Virus record (IMG/VR): IMGVR_UViG_3300030012_002034
Coordinates: 1-64,000 of that record
From: a virus
DNA length: 64,000 nt
Reading direction: 5' to 3' (one strand)
The stretch's first letter is position 1. Each line of letters opens with the position of its first letter. Shown here one piece after another: positions 29,689 through 39,497 of the stretch. The notes beneath the pieces are model-generated. The model was not told the DNA's origin, did no database searches, and saw nothing but the letters and a program-made list of their open reading frames with translations. The translations under genes and the position numbers were made by a program.

Positions 29689-32600
29689 CTACTTTTTCTG
29701 CATAATTGTAAGATACTCTGAGTTTTTAATTGCATTTCGTGTATATGTATCTCTCTTATCTCCACCAGCCCATTCTCTTGGTAAGCTAGTAGATATATCT
29801 GAAACTTTCATTTTCTTACCCTTATTAGGACCTGTTCTATTTTTTCTAGTTTTATAGTAATAAGCTAAAATTGCTGCTGTTGCTTTAGCTGCATTTTTAG
29901 GATCCATAAAGGCTTTATTATTTGTTATCCCAATTGCTGCTAGCTTATCTTTTAATGAACCTTTCTTTCCTGCTTCACGGTATAATTTATCATCCTCCTC
30001 AACCCATTTCCATCTAAATTGTGTAAGACCAACACTTCTATTATTTCCTGTGAATCCCATTTGATATTTAGCTTCATAGTCAGGACTTCCAGATGAACCT
30101 CTTTTAATAACTTTTCTACCTAATCTAAGTGCATTACCTGCAGCACTATGTGTATCTCCAAAGTTACTTTCATTACCAAATATACCAAATGTAATTTTAG
30201 CAATTTCATTATACTCATCACCACTTACGCCCATAACTCTCATAACCTCTTTTTTACTATCTTCTAATGATTTTATAAAAGGTAATACAGTTTCATTATA
30301 TTCTACATTATCATCAATGTCAGTAGAAGTAAACTGATTATCTATAAATCTTTTTTGATCAAACTTAAATTTAATTGGTTTAGCACCAGCAACTCTTTTT
30401 TCTCTAGGTGTTCTATTAACTTTAGCATCACCGCTTTTAAAAATTAATTGACCATCTTCATATACAAATTTATTTTTATTTTCTTTTATGGTCTTTCCTT
30501 TTTCATCTTTATATACTTCAGGTAAAACAAATACTTCAGTTCCTGAACCAATATTATACTCGTTTTTCATTTTGTTTAGATCTGAACATATGCCATTAAT
30601 ACAACCATAACTCATTCTATTATCATCTAGATCTGCATTACCAAATTTATCTCTTCTGCTTATTGGAGCTCTATGAATTGCAGTAGGTATTTTTATACCT
30701 CTATCATTTACCATTGTAAAAGAAGGAGCATTTAAATATTCATATACATTATCAATAGTATATCTACCAGCTCCAGTTTGTTTATTACCAAGATTTCTGT
30801 CTTTTTCTACACTTATTGTTTGCTCATCACCCTTAAACATTCCTGTTCCTACTTCAAATGAATCAATTAGTTTATTGCCTCTATAAAGATGCATTCTTTG
30901 ATGCTCTTTATCTACAATCATATATTGTTTATTAGGATCTTTATTTGCTTGATAATTTATTATAAGATTTGATTGATCCATCTTATTCATATCATTTTTA
31001 TGTTTCTTAAGATCTTTAAAATTTTCATATCCTGAAAAGTCTACTTGTTTAATATTAGTATAAGGACTTTCAGCAAGTTCACTATAAGCATTTTTTAATG
31101 GTGTAAATACATTATTATCAATACCTTTTTTTATTTCTTCATATGTGTTTTTAGCTTGATCCATTTTTCTAGCAAATTCACCTTCAGAAACATCTTCTAT
31201 TACGTCATATCCTGTGGTTTCTTTTTTATATGCTTCTAATACATCAGCAGGTATTTGACTTTCTTTGACTGGTCCAGATTTTATAATTTTATCATATTCA
31301 GCTAATAATTCTTTATCACTTCTTTTTTTAACAGGGGTCATAAAATTTTTCTGACTTTCCATTAATTGTAATTGATCAGCAAGCTCTTGATCTTTAGCAA
31401 TCTGATCTCGTTTGCTAAAGTTCATGCTAAGTCTATTTGATAAGTTTTGAGCATCTTGATCTTCAGCTGGTGTATTATTTTGCTGATTTAATAAATTAAC
31501 TATATCACTTTCAAAGTCACCCGTAAAAGCTGGCAAACCATAGTCTGATGGAGTCTGTTGACTTTTAATTTGTTTTTCAACTTCTTGCCCTATTAATCTT
31601 TCTCTTTCTTTTTCCTCATCACTTCTAAGATCAAATTGTATACCTGCTGTTCTAGGTTTAAAAAATTCTTTAAAATTTTCATCAATAGATTTAGAAGGAT
31701 CATATGCAGAGTTTCTTACAAAAGGCGAATCTATCCTAAGCTTTGTAGGTTTAAAATTTGCCGCCATTTTTGTAAATGCAAATGGACTGTCATCAGGCTT
31801 TCCTAGATTAACATTACTAAATATATTAGATTGTTTAGGATATCTTCTTTCTCTTCTAGTTCTTCTTCTTTCTTGTTGAGCTAGCTTTTCAAATGCTTCA
31901 GAACTTAAATCATCTAAGCTTATTCTTCCTTTACGATATTTATATATTTCTCTATCTTCAGGGGTAACCTCTATTTTAGGTTGATTTAAAAGTGCATTTT
32001 CTTCTTTTGAAAGTTCTTCTCCATATATTTTAGATTTAATTGCAGCTAAAGGTTTACCCTTTGCTGTTACCCAATTATCAGCTCCAGATTTTTTTGTAAA
32101 ATATTTATCACCTTCTTTTTTATAATCCCAACCTCTTTGAGATATAACACTACCATCTTGATATTTAGGTATCTCTTCTACTATATATCCACCAGCTGCG
32201 TATTCTTTAATTTCTTCATCACTTAACTCAGCTTCTATATAGCCACCTTCTTGTAAACCAAACCTATCTCTAAGGCCAGTTCTTCTTCTACCTTTGCCTA
32301 TAATAACTCTAGGTGTTTTATCACGCTTTTGTCTACCATCTTGTTTACCTTCTCTTTCTTGTTGTCTAAGTTCTCTACGAGTATATCCTTCTTCTTCTGG
32401 CCAATTAAATTCTGGAGCCTCTGCAACAAATTGTTGTAGATTTGTAGGAATCACTTGAGGATCTAAAGTTTCCATTTGTGGAATAGTCATATCTTCAAAT
32501 GTAAGTTCTTCTTGAACGGGTGTTCTTCCTGCATAGTCAACATAATCCATTACCTCTTCTTCACTTGCCGCTGGAGTTTTTTTAATTACTTTATTTGGAT

Positions 32601-34173
32601 CAATAATAACTTCAAACTCTGGTTTTTTATAAAATACATTCCATGTTACATATTGATCATCTCCATGACCTGATGCATAATCAGTATCAGTAAAATCAGG
32701 ATTAAAACCATATTTTTTTCCTAAATTATAAATTCTTTTCATATCCGTATCAAGATGTAGCTCTCCTAATTCTTTTGGAGTAGAAACTAATTTTGTACCT
32801 CCTGGATAATTACTACTTAGTCTTTTTCTTGCAAAGTCATATTTATGCGTATATCTATCTGGATCTTTCTTCCAGTTATCATAAGATTTTTTATCTAAAA
32901 ATTTGTATGTTGAATATTCCTTATCTCTTAATAAATTATCATATCTTCTACGACTTGGTTTAGTCCAATCACCCTTACCTCCTTTAGTTATGTATGCTGT
33001 GAAAAAAGGTTCACCTCTAAAGTTTTGTCCTTTATTTATATTTTTTTGTTTTTTATAAAAAGCTTCTCTAGATAAATCATAAAGTTCTTTTCTTTTTAGA
33101 TACTCTTGATATCTAGGATCATTTTTATCTTTAACATATATAGGTCCTCCTGGTCCTGGTTCTCCTCCTTCTTTATAAGGATATTTAAATTTTGGATTAT
33201 TAGGTATGTAATCTTCAAGATCATTAGTATTATGAATTCTACCGTACCATGTATTTTTATAAGCTTTTAAATCTTCATTGATACTACCTTTACCTCTTTC
33301 TATATTTTGATAATACCAGTCTCTTCCTTTATTCATAAGAATTCTTCTCTCATTTTCTGGAAGTTTTCCTATGGTAGATTTATATATATCAGTAAAATCA
33401 CTACCTCTTCTACCAGGCCATTTGTTATCCTTTAATTGATCTCTACCATACTTTCTATAATATTCTTGAATAGCATAAGCTCTTGGATCTTTTCCTGTAT
33501 TATAAATAAAATCTGCAGCCTCACCTTTTTCAATAGGAGTTGGATAATAAATAAGATCAGGACCTATATTTTCCATTACCCAATTTATAGCATCTTCTCT
33601 AGTAGCTCCTGGTTTTAATTTAGGATTTCCGTAGTTGCTTAAACCTGTACCATATTGACTTCCTCTATTATACTCGTAATCCATGATTTTACCAATCTGA
33701 TGTCTTAAAAGTTCCTCATCTGTTTGCCTTCCCGGTTGTGCTTTAGGTAACTCTTCTACTATATAACCTCCTCTTTTATACTCTTCTATTTCTTCATCAG
33801 TAAGTTCTGCTTCTATATAATTTGGAGAACCTCCAAAATTTCTTTTAGGTAACTTTTTTATTTTACCATTATGAGTTCTAGCATATCTAGCTTCATTAGT
33901 TTCCATACTAGGTATTAAAGTTCCTGAATATGTTTTACCCTTAAAGTTCCAAGATACATTACCACCATTACCATACATTGGTATCTCATAAACAGAGTTT
34001 CCAGGAAATTGATATTCTCCACCAGGCATCATCATTTGTCTATTGCCTTTATCATCAATACCCAATACAGGATAATTTACACCCTGCATAGTTATGCGTC
34101 CATTTGCGTTTGGAATTAATGTATTCTCTCCTGGGTAAGCCCATTGACCATATTTACTTTTTTTAAATTTCAT
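29689..34173 (-). CDS. Multidomain virion-associated peptidoglycan-modifying protein (GH108-like + YkuD L,D-transpeptidase + lytic transglycosylase-like)
   Basis: YkuD: YMIVDKEHQRMHLY...TGAGRYTI...AIH...SYGCIN...GTEVFVLP. Lytic transglycosylase-like: GNESNFG...SVGLTQ...DPKNAAKAT. GH108/PG_binding_3-like: DFIYNTG...RDWYYQNI...YKNTWYGRI. Confidence 0.7.
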   Translation of the reverse strand: MKFKKSKYGQWAYPGENTLIPNANGRITMQGVNYPVLGIDDKGNRQMMMPGGEYQFPGNSVYEIPMYGNGGNVSWNFKGKTYSGTLIPSMETNEARYARTHNGKIKKLPKRNFGGSPNYIEAELTDEEIEEYKRGGYIVEELPKAQPGRQTDEELLRHQIGKIMDYEYNRGSQYGTGLSNYGNPKLKPGATREDAINWVMENIGPDLIYYPTPIEKGEAADFIYNTGKDPRAYAIQEYYRKYGRDQLKDNKWPGRRGSDFTDIYKSTIGKLPENERRILMNKGRDWYYQNIERGKGSINEDLKAYKNTWYGRIHNTNDLEDYIPNNPKFKYPYKEGGEPGPGGPIYVKDKNDPRYQEYLKRKELYDLSREAFYKKQKNINKGQNFRGEPFFTAYITKGGKGDWTKPSRRRYDNLLRDKEYSTYKFLDKKSYDNWKKDPDRYTHKYDFARKRLSSNYPGGTKLVSTPKELGELHLDTDMKRIYNLGKKYGFNPDFTDTDYASGHGDDQYVTWNVFYKKPEFEVIIDPNKVIKKTPAASEEEVMDYVDYAGRTPVQEELTFEDMTIPQMETLDPQVIPTNLQQFVAEAPEFNWPEEEGYTRRELRQQEREGKQDGRQKRDKTPRVIIGKGRRRTGLRDRFGLQEGGYIEAELSDEEIKEYAAGGYIVEEIPKYQDGSVISQRGWDYKKEGDKYFTKKSGADNWVTAKGKPLAAIKSKIYGEELSKEENALLNQPKIEVTPEDREIYKYRKGRISLDDLSSEAFEKLAQQERRRTRRERRYPKQSNIFSNVNLGKPDDSPFAFTKMAANFKPTKLRIDSPFVRNSAYDPSKSIDENFKEFFKPRTAGIQFDLRSDEEKERERLIGQEVEKQIKSQQTPSDYGLPAFTGDFESDIVNLLNQQNNTPAEDQDAQNLSNRLSMNFSKRDQIAKDQELADQLQLMESQKNFMTPVKKRSDKELLAEYDKIIKSGPVKESQIPADVLEAYKKETTGYDVIEDVSEGEFARKMDQAKNTYEEIKKGIDNNVFTPLKNAYSELAESPYTNIKQVDFSGYENFKDLKKHKNDMNKMDQSNLIINYQANKDPNKQYMIVDKEHQRMHLYRGNKLIDSFEVGTGMFKGDEQTISVEKDRNLGNKQTGAGRYTIDNVYEYLNAPSFTMVNDRGIKIPTAIHRAPISRRDKFGNADLDDNRMSYGCINGICSDLNKMKNEYNIGSGTEVFVLPEVYKDEKGKTIKENKNKFVYEDGQLIFKSGDAKVNRTPREKRVAGAKPIKFKFDQKRFIDNQFTSTDIDDNVEYNETVLPFIKSLEDSKKEVMRVMGVSGDEYNEIAKITFGIFGNESNFGDTHSAAGNALRLGRKVIKRGSSGSPDYEAKYQMGFTGNNRSVGLTQFRWKWVEEDDKLYREAGKKGSLKDKLAAIGITNNKAFMDPKNAAKATAAILAYYYKTRKNRTGPNKGKKMKVSDISTSLPREWAGGDKRDTYTRNAIKNSEYLTIMQKK

Positions 34174-37100
34174 TACCTTTGAGATAGTTGAGTTTTAGTA
34201 TTAACCATTTTAATAACCATATTAACCGGTCCTGATATATTTCTTTTTAAACTTATAAAGTTAGCATAATGTCTAAATCTTTTACGCTGCTCTCTTGGTT
34301 TTTGATAATCAATATTTATAGGATTAAGCTCTCTTATATATCCATTTGGTTTAGTTATCCATATATGTCTTTCATTATAATTACCATCTAATACAGTACT
34401 TCCTGGTATTACAGGAGCATTTGGAGGATAACCCGCACCTATAGGAAACTCTCCTCTATCTTTAGTAATGTCCCAGAATTGATTAAATCTATATTTCTGT
34501 TCTTCTTTTGAGAATAATATATCATATGAAGGATTAGCCACATTATACTTTGGATAATCTAAAGATAATGGTAAGTCGTTCTTTGGCATTAAGTTTAAAT
34601 TTAATAAACCTGATACTTGTTCTGAATTATAAATCACAGCTTCATCAAAGTTAAAGTCTAATACATGAAACTGATCAAAACAATTAAATTCAGCTCTTTT
34701 ATAACATTCTAATAGATATTCTACACTTTTTAATGTTCCTACATTTTGTCCTGTAGATGCAACTAATTCTATTTCAAAAGGATAATTTCTACCATAATAA
34801 TTACCATAGTCATTACAAACATTATTATGTTTCCATAATTCATTTCTTTTTGTAGTCACCCAAGTATTTTTTCCAGGCATCATTAAATCCGGATGCCAAT
34901 CATGGAAAGAAATAAACATTTTACTTTTAGGATCAAAACTTATGGTCCATGACGCATCATCAAAAATCTCAGGATCTCCAAGTTTAAATTTAGTGGCTCT
35001 TCTATCTTTTATAATAAATACATCTTTTGCAAAATCATAAGTAACTTGCCCAACAAACTCTGACTTAAGCTTATAGTCTTTCTTAGAAAAGTATAAAAGT
35101 AAATTGTCATTATCATATAATGTTTGACAACCAATGCCGCATACTGGATTATTAGTATAAGGATAATCTGGAAAATCTTGTGCTAACTGATAAGGCAGAT
35201 AAGTATCAAACCACCACTTCATTCCATTTTGAGATATTTCATTTAATCCATTAGCATAAGAAAATATCTTACCTTGGTTTTGAGATATATAAAAGAATCC
35301 TGCTGGTGTTGATAATATAGATTTAGAATCTTGACAAGATCCATATTCAAATGGTGCAGCTGCTACAGATATATTTTGAGGCGGTTGAGCAAAAAGTCCT
35401 CCATCTCCAATTGTAAGCTCTGTATTTGCATCAGTAGTAATAGTATCTACTCCTCTATATATTATTGGACTCTGATTATGAAAAGTAATAAACATACCAC
35501 TTTTAGCAAAAGATTTAACACCGCTAATTGCAGCCTTCATATCTTTATAGTTATTAACTAAATATACTTTCCATGCATCTTTATATGAAGCATCCTGTTG
35601 AGGTAAAGAATAAATAATTCTATTTGGGTAAGATTCATAACATAACTTAGCTATATCTGGATCATAGTTTCTATTCTGTAAGTTTCCTTGTGAGAAGTAC
35701 TGAGTCCAAGCTTTTGAAATACTTAATGAATAATCATACAAGTAAGTATTGTCTCTTGTTATAATTTGAGGGTCCATATTAAACATACTTCTATAATCAG
35801 TATATCTATATGGATCATAATGTTTTTCTGCAATATTGTTAGTTGTTTCTCTAAAGTCAACTAATACATCACTTTCTACAAAAAAGTCTCTTATTGAAGA
35901 TGCTGATAAATAAAAGAATGCATCTTTAATAGTGAATAATCCAGGAGGATCTCCTTCCATTTGAGCTGTTGCATAATTATATCTGCTACCAGAATTTTTG
36001 AAATAGTCAAGTTCATAAAAAGCTTTTGGAAATATTCCTGTTCCAGGAGTACTGTTTCCTATAAAGTTAGCAGGCATTAAATTAAATGCTTCATAACTAG
36101 TACTATTAGCCCAGAACCTAGGTTCATGAATCATTTGATATAATTTATAGTTATACTCAAATCCATCAGGTTGACCATATAGCCAATCATAGAAAAAGAA
36201 CATGTTATTCTTTTCTGTATATCTATTTATAAATGTATCTCCTCCAAAAAATACTGGAGTATTAGGTATTATATTTAGATGTAAAGGATTAGGATCATTA
36301 GTACCACATATAGGCCCATTTGGCTGTAATCTAAAGTCTTTTTGTTCACACGGTGTTATTGGTATTTGTTTAATAGAATTTAATTGTCCATATTGATTTT
36401 GTAATCTAAATTTTAAACCTCCGTAATAACTTCCTATAGGTAAACTAAACCCATTTGCTTGAGGATCATCTGTAGTAGGTAATGCTCCACTAGGTGAACC
36501 AGGAGGTGCACCAGTTTGTATTAAAGCTCCTAAAGTAGTTAATGATTTATCTTCATCAATTAAAAGTTTAGGTCCTTCAAACTGATTAGGATGTCCATAA
36601 GGACCTGTTTTAGTTCTTAAAGTTACGTGACTATTTCTTTTAAGATTATTTATTTTATATGATACACTGCCTGATGTATTCTGATATAAAGGCACATCTT
36701 GAAAAGTATTCTTAGTATAGAAGCTATCTTCTATTTTAAATCTAGAAGTACTAGAAGTTTTTACAGCTTCCATATTATCATATAAACCATGACACTTCAT
36801 CTGAAGAGCATATTGTCTAAATGGTGTAAGTGCTCTTATAAGTTTTGCAGTAGTATCAGCACCTTCTGAAAAATAAAATGTTAAATGATTTAAAGCACCT
36901 AAAAATCTACTAGCTGGATCTAAGTATGCAAACTTAGGATACTCAACAGTTTGTAGTTGTTGTAAAGGACTTGCAGCATCTGTTGCAATTAAAGCTAATG
37001 CAGGATCTAAAATAGTAGTTTTAAGCCCACCTACGGCAGTATCAGGTACACCTGAAACAACAGCTGTAATAGCATCTGTTAAAAATCCAGTACCAGAATT

Positions 37101-39485
37101 ATAATAAGTATCTAAACCAACGTTATATGCTAATACAGCAGCTTTAAGAGCTTGATTACCTAAACCACCAGCAGCAGCATCTGTTATACCAGGACCTACT
37201 GTTACTTCAGGAGCATTAAAAGTTCTTTTACCAACTAAAGAAATTAAAGCTTCTGCTACTCCTGCTAATATCATAGCAACTGCTGAAAAGTTAGAAAGTA
37301 ATTTTACTTCAGGATGTTGATCAGGATAACAAAACTCTTGTTCAGAAAATCCTTTTATGACTCCATAAAGTTTTAATTCTGTAGTAGATAAATAAGGATT
37401 AGTAAACATTACATCTGGAGAATGAAATGATATTATATCTGATGGAATTTGTTGATGCTTTAATTTATCATCTCCTGGCACCTTAATAAAAGGATCATTA
37501 AACTGATAGTTGTATTGACTACTAGGTGCACCATTATTTATATATGGTATAATAGTATTAAAAGGATAATTAGCATATAGTCCTGTTCTTCCTTTTTTAG
37601 CAGAGCCCTTAAGCTCATAAGTTCTATAATTGTTAATCATTCCTTTTGCAACTATAGATTTATTACCTTCTCTAGAACCTCTCAATATTTCATAACCTAC
37701 TATACCTTCAATATCATTTCCTGCATTATCTTTTGGATAAGCTATATTCTCAAAATATACACCCATCAATCTAATTCTTAAATCATCGGCATTTACACCA
37801 CCTAAAGGATTAGGTTTAAAATGCATAGTCTCATTTAATAAACTATTATCAGGAAACTTATGATGTCTTATAGGTTTACCACATAAATCATTACCAGGAT
37901 CTGATTGATATGTCCAACAGTGACTAGATGAATTCCATATGTTAGGTTTATTATCAGGATATATTTCAGTTGATTCCCAATAACCCATATCTCCAGAAGC
38001 TATAATTTCTCCACCATCATCTAGAGTAGTACTTAAATTTGAATTCAGAGCTCCAGCACTAGCAGTATTATATACTTCATATACTTTTTCTGTAGAATCT
38101 AAAGTTTCTAAATCTTGAATTCCAAGTGTTTCAGAGTATTGCCCAGGTACTCCAGGAATAACAAAATCTCTTGGAGGTCTTCCAGGAATATGATAGGAAG
38201 CAGATTTATCACCTGTATCATAAACCCATCTAATAAAAAATGCATATACCTCATCTCTTAAATAACTGCCTTTATGTCCTCCGTCTACATAGTATGTAGC
38301 AGGATATTCTACAGATGCCCATTTAGCTCTAATTAAATTAGCTAATGGCTGATAATTAAAATCAAACTTTCCAGTAGGAGCTACTCTAAGTAAATAACTA
38401 TTTACTTTCTCCATAGAATTAGATGTCTCATATACAACAGATTGAAGAGGTATATTCTCTTTAGGTACAGATATTAGATCTGATTGTAATAAATCAATTG
38501 TTACTCTAGATGTTTTTGTAGAATAAAACCCTACTTGTTTTGCAGATATTCCTTGATTTATATTTTGAACAACTACTAAAACAAACTCTTCAAAATTTTC
38601 ATCATCAGCAGTAATTTCAATTTCTAAAGAATTTTTAGAATCATCTTCATGCCATAAGGGTTGAGTATTACTAGGTGAAAAATAATCTGTTACTTTTTGA
38701 CCTTTAATTGTATATGCTATTACTACAAAGTAAGTTCCATTTCTTAATGTTCCTCCTGATACTCCTGCTTTGATTTTAATACATGGAGTTTTCATCAAAG
38801 GAGCTAGTCTTATTTTTGGACAATCTAATTTATTATCATCTTCAAAAGTTTGACAAGGTGGTGGAGTTATTTGCGCATTTGTATCTTTTTTCCATTGAAC
38901 TCCAGGCCATAAAATTTTAGTAACTCCATTAGTATAATAATTTATATCACTTTGACCAATAAAAGTAAATGTACTGTCTGGCCAAGTTTCAGGATCACCT
39001 ATATTTAAAAACCTATCAGGATTTAATCCATCACACCAATAGACTTGCCAAGTACAATCTTCCATTTCTCTAGCAGCTCCATCAATAAGATATTTTTTAT
39101 CAAACTTTAAACAAGCATCTTGAACAATTGGCCTATAGTTGCATGAATCTTCTTCAAATAAACCTATTTCAGACATAGTTGCTGTGTCAGCCGCATTATG
39201 ACCAACAGTATATATCACCCATTTATCCGCATAAAGATGTACTGTTCCTATAATAAATCTATTAGGATATGTATTACTCATTGTTGCACCAGCAGTAGCA
39301 CAAAATTGATTTGAAGATGCATTAGATATAGTACCTTGATTTCCTTCAATAGTATTATTAGTTGCATTACGAGCATGTGTCCACATACCATTTTGAAGAT
39401 ACGTAAAGTCTGAATCTTTATTAAGACCTTTTACAAAACTGTGAGTTTGTACATTTGAAGTATTAGGAAGTCTTCTCTTTGCCAT
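34173..39485 (-). CDS. Tail stabilisation/muzzle protein (P22 gp10-like, crAss-type)
   Basis: 1770 aa. N-terminal FVKGLNKD...ARNA, SYLRDEVYAFFIRW...SYHIPGR, GGDTFINRY and WTISFD...FISFHDWHP motifs. Follows the ring genes. Confidence 0.8.
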   Translation of the reverse strand: MAKRRLPNTSNVQTHSFVKGLNKDSDFTYLQNGMWTHARNATNNTIEGNQGTISNASSNQFCATAGATMSNTYPNRFIIGTVHLYADKWVIYTVGHNAADTATMSEIGLFEEDSCNYRPIVQDACLKFDKKYLIDGAAREMEDCTWQVYWCDGLNPDRFLNIGDPETWPDSTFTFIGQSDINYYTNGVTKILWPGVQWKKDTNAQITPPPCQTFEDDNKLDCPKIRLAPLMKTPCIKIKAGVSGGTLRNGTYFVVIAYTIKGQKVTDYFSPSNTQPLWHEDDSKNSLEIEITADDENFEEFVLVVVQNINQGISAKQVGFYSTKTSRVTIDLLQSDLISVPKENIPLQSVVYETSNSMEKVNSYLLRVAPTGKFDFNYQPLANLIRAKWASVEYPATYYVDGGHKGSYLRDEVYAFFIRWVYDTGDKSASYHIPGRPPRDFVIPGVPGQYSETLGIQDLETLDSTEKVYEVYNTASAGALNSNLSTTLDDGGEIIASGDMGYWESTEIYPDNKPNIWNSSSHCWTYQSDPGNDLCGKPIRHHKFPDNSLLNETMHFKPNPLGGVNADDLRIRLMGVYFENIAYPKDNAGNDIEGIVGYEILRGSREGNKSIVAKGMINNYRTYELKGSAKKGRTGLYANYPFNTIIPYINNGAPSSQYNYQFNDPFIKVPGDDKLKHQQIPSDIISFHSPDVMFTNPYLSTTELKLYGVIKGFSEQEFCYPDQHPEVKLLSNFSAVAMILAGVAEALISLVGKRTFNAPEVTVGPGITDAAAGGLGNQALKAAVLAYNVGLDTYYNSGTGFLTDAITAVVSGVPDTAVGGLKTTILDPALALIATDAASPLQQLQTVEYPKFAYLDPASRFLGALNHLTFYFSEGADTTAKLIRALTPFRQYALQMKCHGLYDNMEAVKTSSTSRFKIEDSFYTKNTFQDVPLYQNTSGSVSYKINNLKRNSHVTLRTKTGPYGHPNQFEGPKLLIDEDKSLTTLGALIQTGAPPGSPSGALPTTDDPQANGFSLPIGSYYGGLKFRLQNQYGQLNSIKQIPITPCEQKDFRLQPNGPICGTNDPNPLHLNIIPNTPVFFGGDTFINRYTEKNNMFFFYDWLYGQPDGFEYNYKLYQMIHEPRFWANSTSYEAFNLMPANFIGNSTPGTGIFPKAFYELDYFKNSGSRYNYATAQMEGDPPGLFTIKDAFFYLSASSIRDFFVESDVLVDFRETTNNIAEKHYDPYRYTDYRSMFNMDPQIITRDNTYLYDYSLSISKAWTQYFSQGNLQNRNYDPDIAKLCYESYPNRIIYSLPQQDASYKDAWKVYLVNNYKDMKAAISGVKSFAKSGMFITFHNQSPIIYRGVDTITTDANTELTIGDGGLFAQPPQNISVAAAPFEYGSCQDSKSILSTPAGFFYISQNQGKIFSYANGLNEISQNGMKWWFDTYLPYQLAQDFPDYPYTNNPVCGIGCQTLYDNDNLLLYFSKKDYKLKSEFVGQVTYDFAKDVFIIKDRRATKFKLGDPEIFDDASWTISFDPKSKMFISFHDWHPDLMMPGKNTWVTTKRNELWKHNNVCNDYGNYYGRNYPFEIELVASTGQNVGTLKSVEYLLECYKRAEFNCFDQFHVLDFNFDEAVIYNSEQVSGLLNLNLMPKNDLPLSLDYPKYNVANPSYDILFSKEEQKYRFNQFWDITKDRGEFPIGAGYPPNAPVIPGSTVLDGNYNERHIWITKPNGYIRELNPINIDYQKPREQRKRFRHYANFISLKRNISGPVNMVIKMVNTKTQLSQR

Positions 39486-39497
39486 TTGAAATAACTA

